Shown here piece by piece: positions 1 through 9,203 of a stretch of DNA of 64,000 bases (within the stretch, counting starts at the first letter, position 1; every line of letters starts with the position of its first letter). Made by a program: the position numbers and the translations under genes. A model generated the notes under the pieces. That model was given only the letters and a program-made list of their open reading frames with translations, was not told the DNA's origin and ran no database searches. The stretch comes from Candidatus Bruticola sp. Its GTDB lineage: Bacteria; Vulcanimicrobiota; Xenobia; Xenobiales; Xenobiaceae. Location: the NCBI GenBank assembly GCA_051874735.1, contig JBJEGD010000022.1:402-64401 (forward strand). Direction: 5' to 3'.

Positions 1-190
1 GAACGGCCTCCACAGGGGCGCTCACCTCGGCAACAGACGGAACGGCCTCCACAGGGGCGCTCACCTCGGCAACAGACGGAACGGCCTCCACAGGAGCGCT
101 CACCTCGGCAACAGACGGAACGGCCTCCACAGGGGAACTCAATTCAGCGGCAGACGGAACTGGCTCCACAGGGGCGGTCACCTCGGCGGC
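1..190. repeat. 39-bp coding tandem repeat, about 5 copies, truncated by the window edge (13-aa unit AEVSAPVEAVPSV)
   Basis: Unit gaacggcctccacaggggcgctcacctcggcaacagacg starts at 1, 40 and 79, with diverged copies at 118 and 157. It is in frame with the giant ORF. Confidence 0.95.
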
Positions 191-3100
191 TGCAGCCGGT
201 TTTTCAGCAATGTTAGCCTGACGGCGCCGATCCAAACGCTGACGCATACGCATAGCGACACTATCTGCCAGCTTTCGAACGACCTGTTCACCCTTTGATC
301 CCTTACCTATTGAAGCTTCTAAATTTTCAAGAGATACGGCAGCCTGCTGTTTAGGAGATAAAGACGAATCATCGGCGACGGGTGAGGTTTTTAATTTAGG
401 TACGATAAGACCTCCGCCTTTACTAGAAGGACGAGCCGCAACTACAACTTTAGGTTTCACTCCTAAAAGCTCAGAAGCAAGCATAACCAAATTGTCAACA
501 GAAACTGAATTATTTACACCTTTAGGACGAGAAACACGTTTAGCTGACTGACTTGGTTTGGTAGCTGAATTTTGGGTATCGATCTGTCTGGCTCCCTCCT
601 TTTGAGGAGCTTTGCGACTAGATAACAAAGCCTGTTTTAAAGAGGCTCTATTAATAGTTTTTGGAGTTTCACTGCTAGAATTTGCTGCGGGAGGAATGGG
701 CGGAGTTTGCGAACTCATGGACACCGCGCCATCTGTTTTACTCTCTGAAACTATATCAACACTTGTAGAATCAGTAGTTTCAACTTTTACAGCCACATTC
801 TCAACAACTTGGCCTTCGGACGAATTAGCCTCTGCACTTAATGGCCCAGTACTATCGTTAACACCGGTGACAGCCTCGCTGTCGATAGAAGATGACGGCA
901 ACGCAACTGATTCAACAGGTACATCAGTATAGACAGCTTTTTCACTATCCGTACTGAGCGCTGCAGATTCAACATTACCAGCTGTTTTATCATTTTCTTT
1001 GGCAGTTTGATTGGCAGATTCTACAGCCGTCTGACTAGCTAAGCGAGCCTGCCTAAGCTCCTGACGCTCTTTACGCAGGCGAGCCTGTTCCATCCGGTCT
1101 TTAAGAGAATCAGGAATAGTTATCTGTTTTTTAGGGGCTGGCTTAGGCGGAGGTTCAGGTGGCAAAGAAGCAGCCTTCTTAGCCAAAGCTTCTAATTGTC
1201 CATCAGAAACTGTGCCCTTTAAAGAAATTTTGCGAGTCTCTGAAGCAGGTAAAGAGGCACCTTGTTTTTCTGCTTCAAAATTATCGCTATATGAATTCAA
1301 GGAAGCAGAAGAAGCTGTCTTAGCCTTACTGCGAGAAAGCTCCATAGAAGCTAAAGAAACATTAGCTTTACGAGCTAATTTTGAGTTGAGCCTCGCAGAA
1401 ATACGCTCCATATCAGTGCCACGTTCTTTAGGGGCCTCAGAATCGGTGTATTCGCTAATAGCTTTATCAGGAACAACGACACAATTATTATTATCAGCAG
1501 CGGCCGTCAATTCACTCTCAGCAGAAGGAGCATTTACCGAATTGGGCGATTTTGATGGGGCAGCAGCTGATTCTGAAGAAGTACTGGCAACGGAAGCAGA
1601 GGCGGCTTTCTTTCTGCCAGAAGAGCGCAATTTATCGAGAATTTGCTTTCTGAGAATTTCTTTAGCCGATGCAGAAAGAGGTATAAAATGCTCATCTTTC
1701 TTGGCAGTTGCGCTAAGTTCACTATTCGCTTTGGTATCATTCTGCATCGCGCCGACAGGAGCAGATAATTTGTCATCCTCGGCAAAAACTTCGGTAGAAG
1801 CTGTCGATTCAACAGCATTCTGTCCAGAACTCAGTTGTTCAGTTTTGGTTGATGCAACTTCAGTCTCATCGTTTAACTCAGGCTGCGCACGGTTTAATAG
1901 TTCAGATTCGCTAACATATTTAGTTTCATTTACTACTGGCGAAGCAGCACTGCGATTTGTTACGGATGAGGTCGAGGACAAATCGCTCTGCCCAGTACCG
2001 ATATTGTCAGGAATAACTCGGCGCAAATTACTCAAATCGTCACTGTCTTCGGAATTGTCCAATTCCTTATTGGCATAAGAGGAATCGTTAGGAACAAAAC
2101 TACTTGGAACAGAAAGATAACTGTCAGACTCAAAGTCGTCTTCTTCTGCAACACCTATAGACCCGGCCCCAGCTACTCTGTTTAAATCGATATGAACAAC
2201 TTGACCAGGCTTAGTTACGGCATATGTATCTTTAATCTCATTGTTACTAATATTTTCAGCAGCCTTGCTTTCCGCTATAGAAGCAGTATGCTTTAATTCG
2301 TCTACAACGTCGCCATTGCTATTTTCATCAGGATGTTTGATTGCACTAAGATGATCGAGGGGCGACTCGCTGGGCTGATTATTTTTACGTCCCAACAGAC
2401 GATCGCTAACAGCATTTATAAAGCCACTAGCCAGCCCTACGCGCTTAGTTTTTACGGAACGGCTCTCCTGTTTAACTAACTTAGCCAGAGGGGATTCTTC
2501 TGCTTCTGAAACAGAGTCATTCTCTTTAACTTCTTTAGTTTCAACTTTAGGAGTTAGCTCACCCCGCAAGAAAAGATCTATGCGTATATGATCTATTTTT
2601 TCTTTGAAATTACTGCTATCGTTCTTAAGCTTCTGTAAAATAAGCTCCGAAGAAGATAAAACATCTTTGGCTTCTTCGTACATGCTGCTCTTGATCAGAA
2701 GCTCAGCCCGCTTGATGCCTAAATCAACTTCTAAATAGGTTTTCGACTCACTATCAGTATCAGTACCAATTAAACTGAGTGCCTTTTCCAAGAGCTCAAC
2801 AGCGAATTTATTATTACCTTCACTAGCATAGAATCTGGCTAGCCCCTCTTGTGCTCTGACAGCAAAATTATCGGCCCAATGAGCAATTTCTAAATGCTTA
2901 CTGCCAAAACTAACCAGCTGTTCTAAAAGATACAGACCATCGCGTATGCCGGCAGCGCTGTCCATCAGTCCTTGATCGAGCCATAACAATAAGAGCTTCT
3001 CACCATAATGCACACTGCTATCAGTACTGCGCGAGGACCAATTAACAATAATAGATCGCAAAACAGTGATATAATTGCGGCGCATCCGATCACGCAAGCG

Positions 3101-6100
3101 GCTCTCTAAGGCAGATTCAAAGCTTTCAATATCTTTATTCTGCCACAGAGGCAGAATCAAAAGATCGCTGAGAATATCTTGAACCCCAGATGAACTTACA
3201 AAAGATCGTCCAATAAAAGCGGAAAAATTACTTAAGAAAGCTTCTCTTAAAAGGCTGCTCTTGTTAGATAAACTTACCCCACTCCCTAAAATAGAGAGTA
3301 TTTCATCAAGAAGAAAAACAGTTCGGTCTTCATTTCCTTCATTTTCGGCAAGTTCTACTAAATTCATTAGAACTAAGCTTAATTCTAATTCACACCCCTT
3401 ATTGTCAGTTCTGGAGCGCAGTTCAGAATAAAGCTTGTTAGCCTTCTCAAATGCCTCTTCGGCACTGCTGGCCTTATTATCTGACTTATCGAGCATCCCC
3501 TTAAAGAACATAATTTCAGCATAATCTTTGCGTTCTTTAATATTCAGCCCCTGTTTGGCAAGCTTGTCGTAGAGAGCTACACCCTTGCCCAAACAAAGCA
3601 TTAAATCTGCTTTCGAGCAATAAGCCGGAGTAATGTAATCGTTGCCTACCTGAGTACTGTTGCTGAAAACAAAGCGCACTATATTGAGGTGGAGCCACGC
3701 AACCGTCACTTCACTGCTGCGGGAGACAGAGACGACATCTGCTTCATTATCAGAAGCTTCCTGTATAAGCTCCTGAGTAAGGGACATAATTTCCTGTCCC
3801 CGTTCAAGAGAGGTATAAGCCTTCACTAACTCCACGCCAGCCTCAAAGCTCAAGCTAGGATTGAGACGATAAATAATCGGGCTCACACCAATATTGCGGA
3901 CAGCCCGCAAAGGAGAAACTACAGCTTCGCTATCTTTTTCTCTTAGAGCAACAGCTCCCTCAAAAAGAACCTGAGGGACAAAGGCATAGAAAACTGAAAA
4001 TACACTGAAGATCGCATCTTCGTTACCGTATTGAGCGCTGCGAACCGCAATTTTAGACCAAATAGCGCACCCAGCTTTATACTCTTGGTCAGCCTCATCG
4101 TGTTTTTCTTCTAAGGTACACGCTTTAGCCAAACCGAAATGAGCCATTACCAAAGAAACGCCCTGTTCAAAGGGAAGATTCTCCGGATTAGACAACATCT
4201 GAACAATTTTAGCGAAATGGAAACGAGCCCGTCCCCCATTCTTAAGTCCTATAGAAGAGAATCCGGCTCCAACTAGAGCTAAAATATCTTCACTGCCGAC
4301 ACTGCACTCAGACAACACTTTAGAGAAATCATTGAGCGCCTCTGAATATTTGCACTGATAAAGGCAAGAAGCTCCGTGGCCCAATAAGTCTTTGTGAGAT
4401 ATATCACTGCGCTGATGGGAGAATATAGCTGAGAAATCATCTTCAGCTCTTTTAAATTGTCCATCATAAAATAAAACCCAAACGCGTTCTGATAAAACTT
4501 GCAGCAAAGTAGCACGATCACTGCGATTTTCTGAAATTACCAAGCCCTTCTCAAACTGAGCCAAAGCAGAAAGCACATTGTTTAAACGGGCGTAAGTTAT
4601 ACCTAAATTTAAGAAAACTCTGGCTAAGGGAGCCTTAGCATTTTTTAAATCGTGAGCACCTGGCCACTTTTCTATAGAATTTTCTAAATCGGCTCTAGCC
4701 TCTTCATAAGCTCCCCTAAGTACACGCAACGAGCCGCGCTTGGCCAATACTTTAGCGTAATCGGGGATATAGCGAACTTGGCTGTCACCAATTAAGCCTT
4801 CATAATACTCCAAAGATTTGGCGATATATCCCTCGGCTTCCATATAACGGTTATTAAGTTCTTCAATGCGGGAACGCAAGAGCCATAACTTGGCTAAAGA
4901 AGCCCGATTGGAAAAATTACTAGCCTTACTTTCAAAGCTCTCAAAAATACTAATAGCTTTTTCGGTATACTGTAGACACTCGTCAAGACGATTGCTCTTT
5001 TCCAATAAGAAAGCAATCTGGTATATGACGTCAGCATAAAGATTGGCAACTTCTGCCCGTCCCTGCTCATTTATAAGTATCTCAAAGTAGACCTGCGACT
5101 GACGCAAATTAGTAATAGCCTGGTCGTAATCTCTGTCGTTGACTAAACCGAGCAAAGCTTTAGCACGAGCCTCAATGACTTTACTTGTTTCAGGCAAATC
5201 TTGAGAGAAGCGCAACACATCTTCAAAACGAGCGCGAGTCTGACGACTAGAAACATTTTGAGCAGCTAAAAGCTCTCCTAACTGCAAGTTTAGCTGTACC
5301 CAGGCCATACGAGCCTCAGGAGTACGCGGATTAGCTTTGCGATCAGCTACCTTTTGCAGCATAGCAATAGCCTGCGAACGCTGACCTAAAGACAGCTGCG
5401 CTTCAGCACGCAAACAAGCAGCCATAGCCAAATTGTCTAAGGCACTTACATCGCCTAAATCGGCAATTTTGTTCCAGACTTCAAAAGCCAAAGCCGCATC
5501 TTCGGCAGCCTGAGATGGAAGCTCCAATTCTAGGCTAATACGAGCTCGCTCACATAAAACTTTAGCTTTAACAACGCGGTTGCGATCGTTTGAAGAGACA
5601 AAATCGTAAGCACGATCAAGCTCTTGCTTAGCCTTATCATAGTCGAGCATACTGCGGTAAACACTGCAGCAGAACATACAAAGATCGACAACCCGCCCTC
5701 CTACTGAAGGCACGCCAGAGTCAACAAAAAATTGGATAAACTTTTTACTGACTTCCAGAGCAACCTTGCGATCCTCAGAGCTTCCGTTGGAAATCATTTC
5801 TTTAAGCCAAGCATCTACAGCCGGCATAAAGCTGCTGTCAGCCGCTAAACGCTTAATGAGTTCGGCATCACCGCTTTTCTTAGCCCAATCAGCAAGATAG
5901 CGCACCGCTAAAACTGTTGAAGGCGTAAAACTATCTTCAGTTTGCAAGGCAGACTCCGCCCACATGGCTAGCTGCCGATTGGCCAATACAATAGTCTGCG
6001 GATAAGTATCGCGACATATTTCCGGAATTAAAGGAGAACGCGGTTCGACGCCGTCATCTTCACCGAACGCCACTAAACCATTTAAACGGTACGCAGTGGC

Positions 6101-6994
6101 TTCGCCATCACGTATACCGAACCCAGGAAAACGCAAAAGTTCCACAGGTATAGCTTCACCGACTTCACAAACGGCAGCCAAAAGCGGCATATGATAGCGT
6201 TCTATAACTTCAGAGCCAAGAATATTTTTAAGCTTAGCGCGCAGTTCTTCGATACTTTCGGTTACCAGAGGCGCAACTTCGCTTTCAGACTCAATAACAG
6301 AAGTTATGCTGGTTAAGGAGCTGCGATCGCGGCTTAGCGAATTAGTGAAAAAGCGTCTGCGAAATATAGGATCGACCTCAAGAGTAATGAGATGACCAGT
6401 AGAATATTCTCGATAGAGGAAACGCTTGCCCAAGCAAGGAGACACTAGCACATGCATAGACTGTGCAGAGGCATGGCAAACCGGGCACTTATAAAAGACG
6501 ATAAAGGGCGGAATTTCATCACGACTGCTGTCAGTATTTAAAAACAGACGATTGCAGCCCCCTTTACGCTCGTCAATTTCTAAGCGCCAAATGCTGAGGA
6601 AGGTATCGAAGGCCGACACTAACCCATTGAGATGGGGAAGATAGTTAATAATTCCTGGAGCCATCGATGCCAAATCATTTAACTTGCGTCTTGAGAAAAA
6701 ACGCTCTCGCCAAATACTCCAAGGAACCTGAGCAAAATTAGTATTGGAACCGATCCCCAGCAAAGCAGCATAGTCTTTAGTTTCACTGCCTATAGTACGA
6801 TCGTGAACGACATATAGGAAGTTTAGTATAGCTTCTACCAGCGGATTCTGACGATTGCGCTTAGGTAGATAAGATACCGCCCAGCTCAGCAAACAGCAAG
6901 CAGCTTCCGCAAAATCGATACGCCATAAACTGCGCCGCCATCCTGGGAGCGGTGCTTCTGATGGAGAGAGAGGAGAGACAGAAGCAGAGGCCAT
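1..6994 (-). CDS. Giant TPR-like repeat protein, >=2331 aa, 3' end outside window
   Basis: ATG at 6994 reads MASASVSPLSPSEAPLPGWRRSLW. The same frame is open at the window edge. An internal in-frame stop would have produced a long minus-strand entry in the ORF track, and none is listed. Hand translation shows a CPVC motif near 6480, helical TPR-like segments (e.g. YRSMLDYDKAKQELDRA) and a low-complexity S/E/A/K-rich distal part. Confidence 0.85.
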   Translation of the reverse strand, partial: MASASVSPLSPSEAPLPGWRRSLWRIDFAEAACCLLSWAVSYLPKRNRQNPLVEAILNFLYVVHDRTIGSETKDYAALLGIGSNTNFAQVPWSIWRERFFSRRKLNDLASMAPGIINYLPHLNGLVSAFDTFLSIWRLEIDERKGGCNRLFLNTDSSRDEIPPFIVFYKCPVCHASAQSMHVLVSPCLGKRFLYREYSTGHLITLEVDPIFRRRFFTNSLSRDRSSLTSITSVIESESEVAPLVTESIEELRAKLKNILGSEVIERYHMPLLAAVCEVGEAIPVELLRFPGFGIRDGEATAYRLNGLVAFGEDDGVEPRSPLIPEICRDTYPQTIVLANRQLAMWAESALQTEDSFTPSTVLAVRYLADWAKKSGDAELIKRLAADSSFMPAVDAWLKEMISNGSSEDRKVALEVSKKFIQFFVDSGVPSVGGRVVDLCMFCCSVYRSMLDYDKAKQELDRAYDFVSSNDRNRVVKAKVLCERARISLELELPSQAAEDAALAFEVWNKIADLGDVSALDNLAMAACLRAEAQLSLGQRSQAIAMLQKVADRKANPRTPEARMAWVQLNLQLGELLAAQNVSSRQTRARFEDVLRFSQDLPETSKVIEARAKALLGLVNDRDYDQAITNLRQSQVYFEILINEQGRAEVANLYADVIYQIAFLLEKSNRLDECLQYTEKAISIFESFESKASNFSNRASLAKLWLLRSRIEELNNRYMEAEGYIAKSLEYYEGLIGDSQVRYIPDYAKVLAKRGSLRVLRGAYEEARADLENSIEKWPGAHDLKNAKAPLARVFLNLGITYARLNNVLSALAQFEKGLVISENRSDRATLLQVLSERVWVLFYDGQFKRAEDDFSAIFSHQRSDISHKDLLGHGASCLYQCKYSEALNDFSKVLSECSVGSEDILALVGAGFSSIGLKNGGRARFHFAKIVQMLSNPENLPFEQGVSLVMAHFGLAKACTLEEKHDEADQEYKAGCAIWSKIAVRSAQYGNEDAIFSVFSVFYAFVPQVLFEGAVALREKDSEAVVSPLRAVRNIGVSPIIYRLNPSLSFEAGVELVKAYTSLERGQEIMSLTQELIQEASDNEADVVSVSRSSEVTVAWLHLNIVRFVFSNSTQVGNDYITPAYCSKADLMLCLGKGVALYDKLAKQGLNIKERKDYAEIMFFKGMLDKSDNKASSAEEAFEKANKLYSELRSRTDNKGCELELSLVLMNLVELAENEGNEDRTVFLLDEILSILGSGVSLSNKSSLLREAFLSNFSAFIGRSFVSSSGVQDILSDLLILPLWQNKDIESFESALESRLRDRMRRNYITVLRSIIVNWSSRSTDSSVHYGEKLLLLWLDQGLMDSAAGIRDGLYLLEQLVSFGSKHLEIAHWADNFAVRAQEGLARFYASEGNNKFAVELLEKALSLIGTDTDSESKTYLEVDLGIKRAELLIKSSMYEEAKDVLSSSELILQKLKNDSSNFKEKIDHIRIDLFLRGELTPKVETKEVKENDSVSEAEESPLAKLVKQESRSVKTKRVGLASGFINAVSDRLLGRKNNQPSESPLDHLSAIKHPDENSNGDVVDELKHTASIAESKAAENISNNEIKDTYAVTKPGQVVHIDLNRVAGAGSIGVAEEDDFESDSYLSVPSSFVPNDSSYANKELDNSEDSDDLSNLRRVIPDNIGTGQSDLSSTSSVTNRSAASPVVNETKYVSESELLNRAQPELNDETEVASTKTEQLSSGQNAVESTASTEVFAEDDKLSAPVGAMQNDTKANSELSATAKKDEHFIPLSASAKEILRKQILDKLRSSGRKKAASASVASTSSESAAAPSKSPNSVNAPSAESELTAAADNNNCVVVPDKAISEYTDSEAPKERGTDMERISARLNSKLARKANVSLASMELSRSKAKTASSASLNSYSDNFEAEKQGASLPASETRKISLKGTVSDGQLEALAKKAASLPPEPPPKPAPKKQITIPDSLKDRMEQARLRKERQELRQARLASQTAVESANQTAKENDKTAGNVESAALSTDSEKAVYTDVPVESVALPSSSIDSEAVTGVNDSTGPLSAEANSSEGQVVENVAVKVETTDSTSVDIVSESKTDGAVSMSSQTPPIPPAANSSSETPKTINRASLKQALLSSRKAPQKEGARQIDTQNSATKPSQSAKRVSRPKGVNNSVSVDNLVMLASELLGVKPKVVVAARPSSKGGGLIVPKLKTSPVADDSSLSPKQQAAVSLENLEASIGKGSKGEQVVRKLADSVAMRMRQRLDRRRQANIAEKPAAAAEVTAPVEPVPSAAELSSPVEAVPSVAEVSAPVEAVPSVAEVSAPVEAVPSVAEVSAPVEAV

Positions 6995-7216
6995 AAAAAT
7001 GCCGACAAAATCTACTACTTCTCGAAAATACCAAGCGACCGCAACGAAGTTCACCTGTCCGCTTTTGTCGGGCGTTAGGCTGTTTTCTAAGCGTTTTAAA
7101 TGGACAAGCAGGGCATCCCTCACGGGATCTCCGCCATTGCGCACCCCTTCTGGAATAATTAACCTTGTGTTATCAGGCCCGCTGCTCACAATGACACTCT
7201 CCCAAGCATTTTTAAG

Positions 7217-7253
7217 AAAAAAAAAGCCTTTCTGTAATTCTAGACAGAAGGCT
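7217..7253 (-). terminator. Intrinsic terminator after smpB
   Basis: Stem agcctttctgt/acagaaggct with an adjacent A9 run (U tract on the minus strand). Confidence 0.75.
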
Positions 7254-7276
7254 CTTATTCCCCTTCGAAAAACACT

Positions 7277-7765
7277 TTATCTACGTTCAGCTATAGCACG
7301 TTCTATATCGCGTTTGGCTGTTTTTGCTGCCTCTGCTTCGCGCTTATCATATAATTTTTTGCCCCTAGATAAGGCTATTTCTACTTTTATATAGTTCTTC
7401 TTAAAGTACAGCTTAGTAGGAATAATAGTTAAACCTTTTTCATGAGTACGGGCCTTAAGACGACGAATTTCACTTTTATTCAGTAACAGACGGCGCGATC
7501 TTAAGGGATCGTGGTTGAAACAGCTTGCATAATGCCATTTACTGATATTTAATCCTTTGAGCCACACTTGACTGAAGTCATCTACCACAACATAGGCATC
7601 TACCAAACTTAACCGCCCCTCTCTCAGAGACTTAACTTCAGTACCTTGCAGAGATATACCCGCTTCAAAAAATTCTTCGAAGATATATTCATGACGGGCC
7701 TGTCTATTGACCGCAATAACTTTGACAGCAGAATCTGTTTTTTGTTTACTTTGCTTCTTTGCCAT
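7277..7765 (-). CDS. smpB: SsrA-binding protein SmpB
   Basis: Motifs NRQARHEY, EAGISLQGTEVKSLR, RRLLLNKSEI and GKKLYDKRE. Confidence 0.98.
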   Translation of the reverse strand: MAKKQSKQKTDSAVKVIAVNRQARHEYIFEEFFEAGISLQGTEVKSLREGRLSLVDAYVVVDDFSQVWLKGLNISKWHYASCFNHDPLRSRRLLLNKSEIRRLKARTHEKGLTIIPTKLYFKKNYIKVEIALSRGKKLYDKREAEAAKTAKRDIERAIAERR

Positions 7766-8414
7766 TTTCTTCCACCCTGGAGATATCGTGGGAACTGAGG
7801 GGAGCTAACTGCGGGTAAAGTTTGCTATATTTTTCAGCATTATTCAAGACCTTTTTTACAAAAAAACGAGTCTCTGATACAGGGATATCGTTAATTGTGA
7901 GCGGCTTTTGCCGTTTCTCTATCCAAGAATCCACTTCATGCTGACCGGCATTATAAGCGGCTAAAGCTTCGATACTTTTATTATCGAAGCGTTTCAATAG
8001 CCAAGATAAATAGTAAGCACCTAAATATATATTTAGTTCAGGTTCTCTCAACCGGCTATTACTGCGCTCTTTTACGTGTATGCTGTGCGACTCTGCTATC
8101 CACCAAGCAGTATCAGGCATTAACTGCATCAACCCCTGCGCTCCCACTTCAGATTGGGCCTCCGTATTAAAACTGCTTTCAGCTAAAATAACCCCGGCAA
8201 CTAAATAGGGACTGACTTCAGCACTGCGAGAAGCGGCCACAATAGTTCCTTCATAATGCAAAGGATATAAAAAATATTCGATCCGAGCCCATGTAGCCCC
8301 CAAAGACAGAACAAAAACTGAAATACAGAAAAAAAAACAAACTAACAAATGTGTTAGGCTTATCTTTCTATACTGTCCCTGACCGTGCCGATTCTTATTG
8401 AGTTCAAACTCCAT
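7746..8414 (-). CDS. Membrane-anchored lytic transglycosylase (SLT domain)
   Basis: N-terminal TM helix; ILAESSF (catalytic Glu), GAQGLMQLMPDTA and ALAAYNAG motifs; follows coaE. Start is uncertain (8414 or 8450). Confidence 0.9.
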   Translation of the reverse strand: MEFELNKNRHGQGQYRKISLTHLLVCFFFCISVFVLSLGATWARIEYFLYPLHYEGTIVAASRSAEVSPYLVAGVILAESSFNTEAQSEVGAQGLMQLMPDTAWWIAESHSIHVKERSNSRLREPELNIYLGAYYLSWLLKRFDNKSIEALAAYNAGQHEVDSWIEKRQKPLTINDIPVSETRFFVKKVLNNAEKYSKLYPQLAPLSSHDISRVEENGKEAK

Positions 8415-9057
8415 AAAGATGTGCGAACCTTTCTTGCCAAACATCCTCAATTTGACGACGTAGAGCCTTCAAACTGCCGTTGTTATCTATAAGAATTGTC
8501 GCCCGCTCCGCTTTAGCAGCCAAGCTCATTTGCGAGGCCACTCGATTCTTAGCTTCAAAAATAGTTAAATGATCCCGGCTCATCAAACGCTTTAATTGCC
8601 GGTCAGGATTTATATCAATGACTAGTACACCAGCGCAGGCAGCTTCTGCCCCATGTTCAAACAACAAAGGAGCCATAATAAATACTAAGGGATACTTCAA
8701 TCTAGCCTGAGCAGTCAACTCAAAAGTGCGCTTCCAAATAGCCGGATGAACTATCTCATTCAAAGTTTGCAATTTATCGGGATCAGCAAAAACTATTCTA
8801 CCCAAATACGATCGGCGCAGTTCTCCTGCTTTGTCTAAAATACCAGATCCGAATTCATCAACCAATCGGCTAACTAAAGGCGATCCACTCCCCATTAACT
8901 CGCGGCTAATTAAATCACAGTCGATAATATGTGCACCTAAATGGCGCAGATATTCCGCAGCTGTAGATTTACCGCAGGCTATCCCACCGGTCAATCCCCA
9001 TACGAGACCAGCTGTTCTCTTCTGTTTGTTAATCATATTAAACGCCAATAATCTCAC
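8404..9057 (-). CDS. coaE: Dephospho-CoA kinase
   Basis: GLTGGIACGKST P-loop, LNEIVHP and PLLFE motifs. Start may be 9036. Confidence 0.96.
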   Translation of the reverse strand: MRLLAFNMINKQKRTAGLVWGLTGGIACGKSTAAEYLRHLGAHIIDCDLISRELMGSGSPLVSRLVDEFGSGILDKAGELRRSYLGRIVFADPDKLQTLNEIVHPAIWKRTFELTAQARLKYPLVFIMAPLLFEHGAEAACAGVLVIDINPDRQLKRLMSRDHLTIFEAKNRVASQMSLAAKAERATILIDNNGSLKALRRQIEDVWQERFAHLYGV

Positions 9058-9098
9058 TAAAGCGTGGGGAAACTAACAATTTATTAGCCTCACTAACT

Positions 9099-9162
9099 AA
9101 AAAAAATCCCCGCCTTGATTAGGTCAAGCTGCAGCTGCACCTGGATAAGGCCGGGGATTTTT
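9099..9162 (-). terminator. Long-stem terminator after rpsA
   Basis: Closing stem aaaaatccccg/cggggattttt with an extended inner hairpin and A/T runs on both sides. Confidence 0.7.
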
Positions 9163-9203
9163 CTAACAGCTCGATGAAGCTGTCGCTCCACCAAGCCTAA
9201 AGA

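Noticed and set aside
1-190. 39-bp repeats as a CRISPR array
   Set aside because: The units are contiguous with no spacers, are in frame in a CDS, and no cas genes are present.
612-4521. Track ORFs 612-932, 1212-2078, 1534-1818 and 4279-4521
   Set aside because: They are antisense or off-frame shadows of the giant minus-strand gene.
6995-7276. tmRNA (ssrA) next to smpB
   Set aside because: No tRNA-like ends (GGGG...TTCGA or TTCGAxTCCC...CCA) are present and the gap is too short.
9099-9162. SRP RNA-like hairpin
   Set aside because: It lacks the conserved CAGG...GGAA...AGCAG helix 8 arrangement and fits a terminator.
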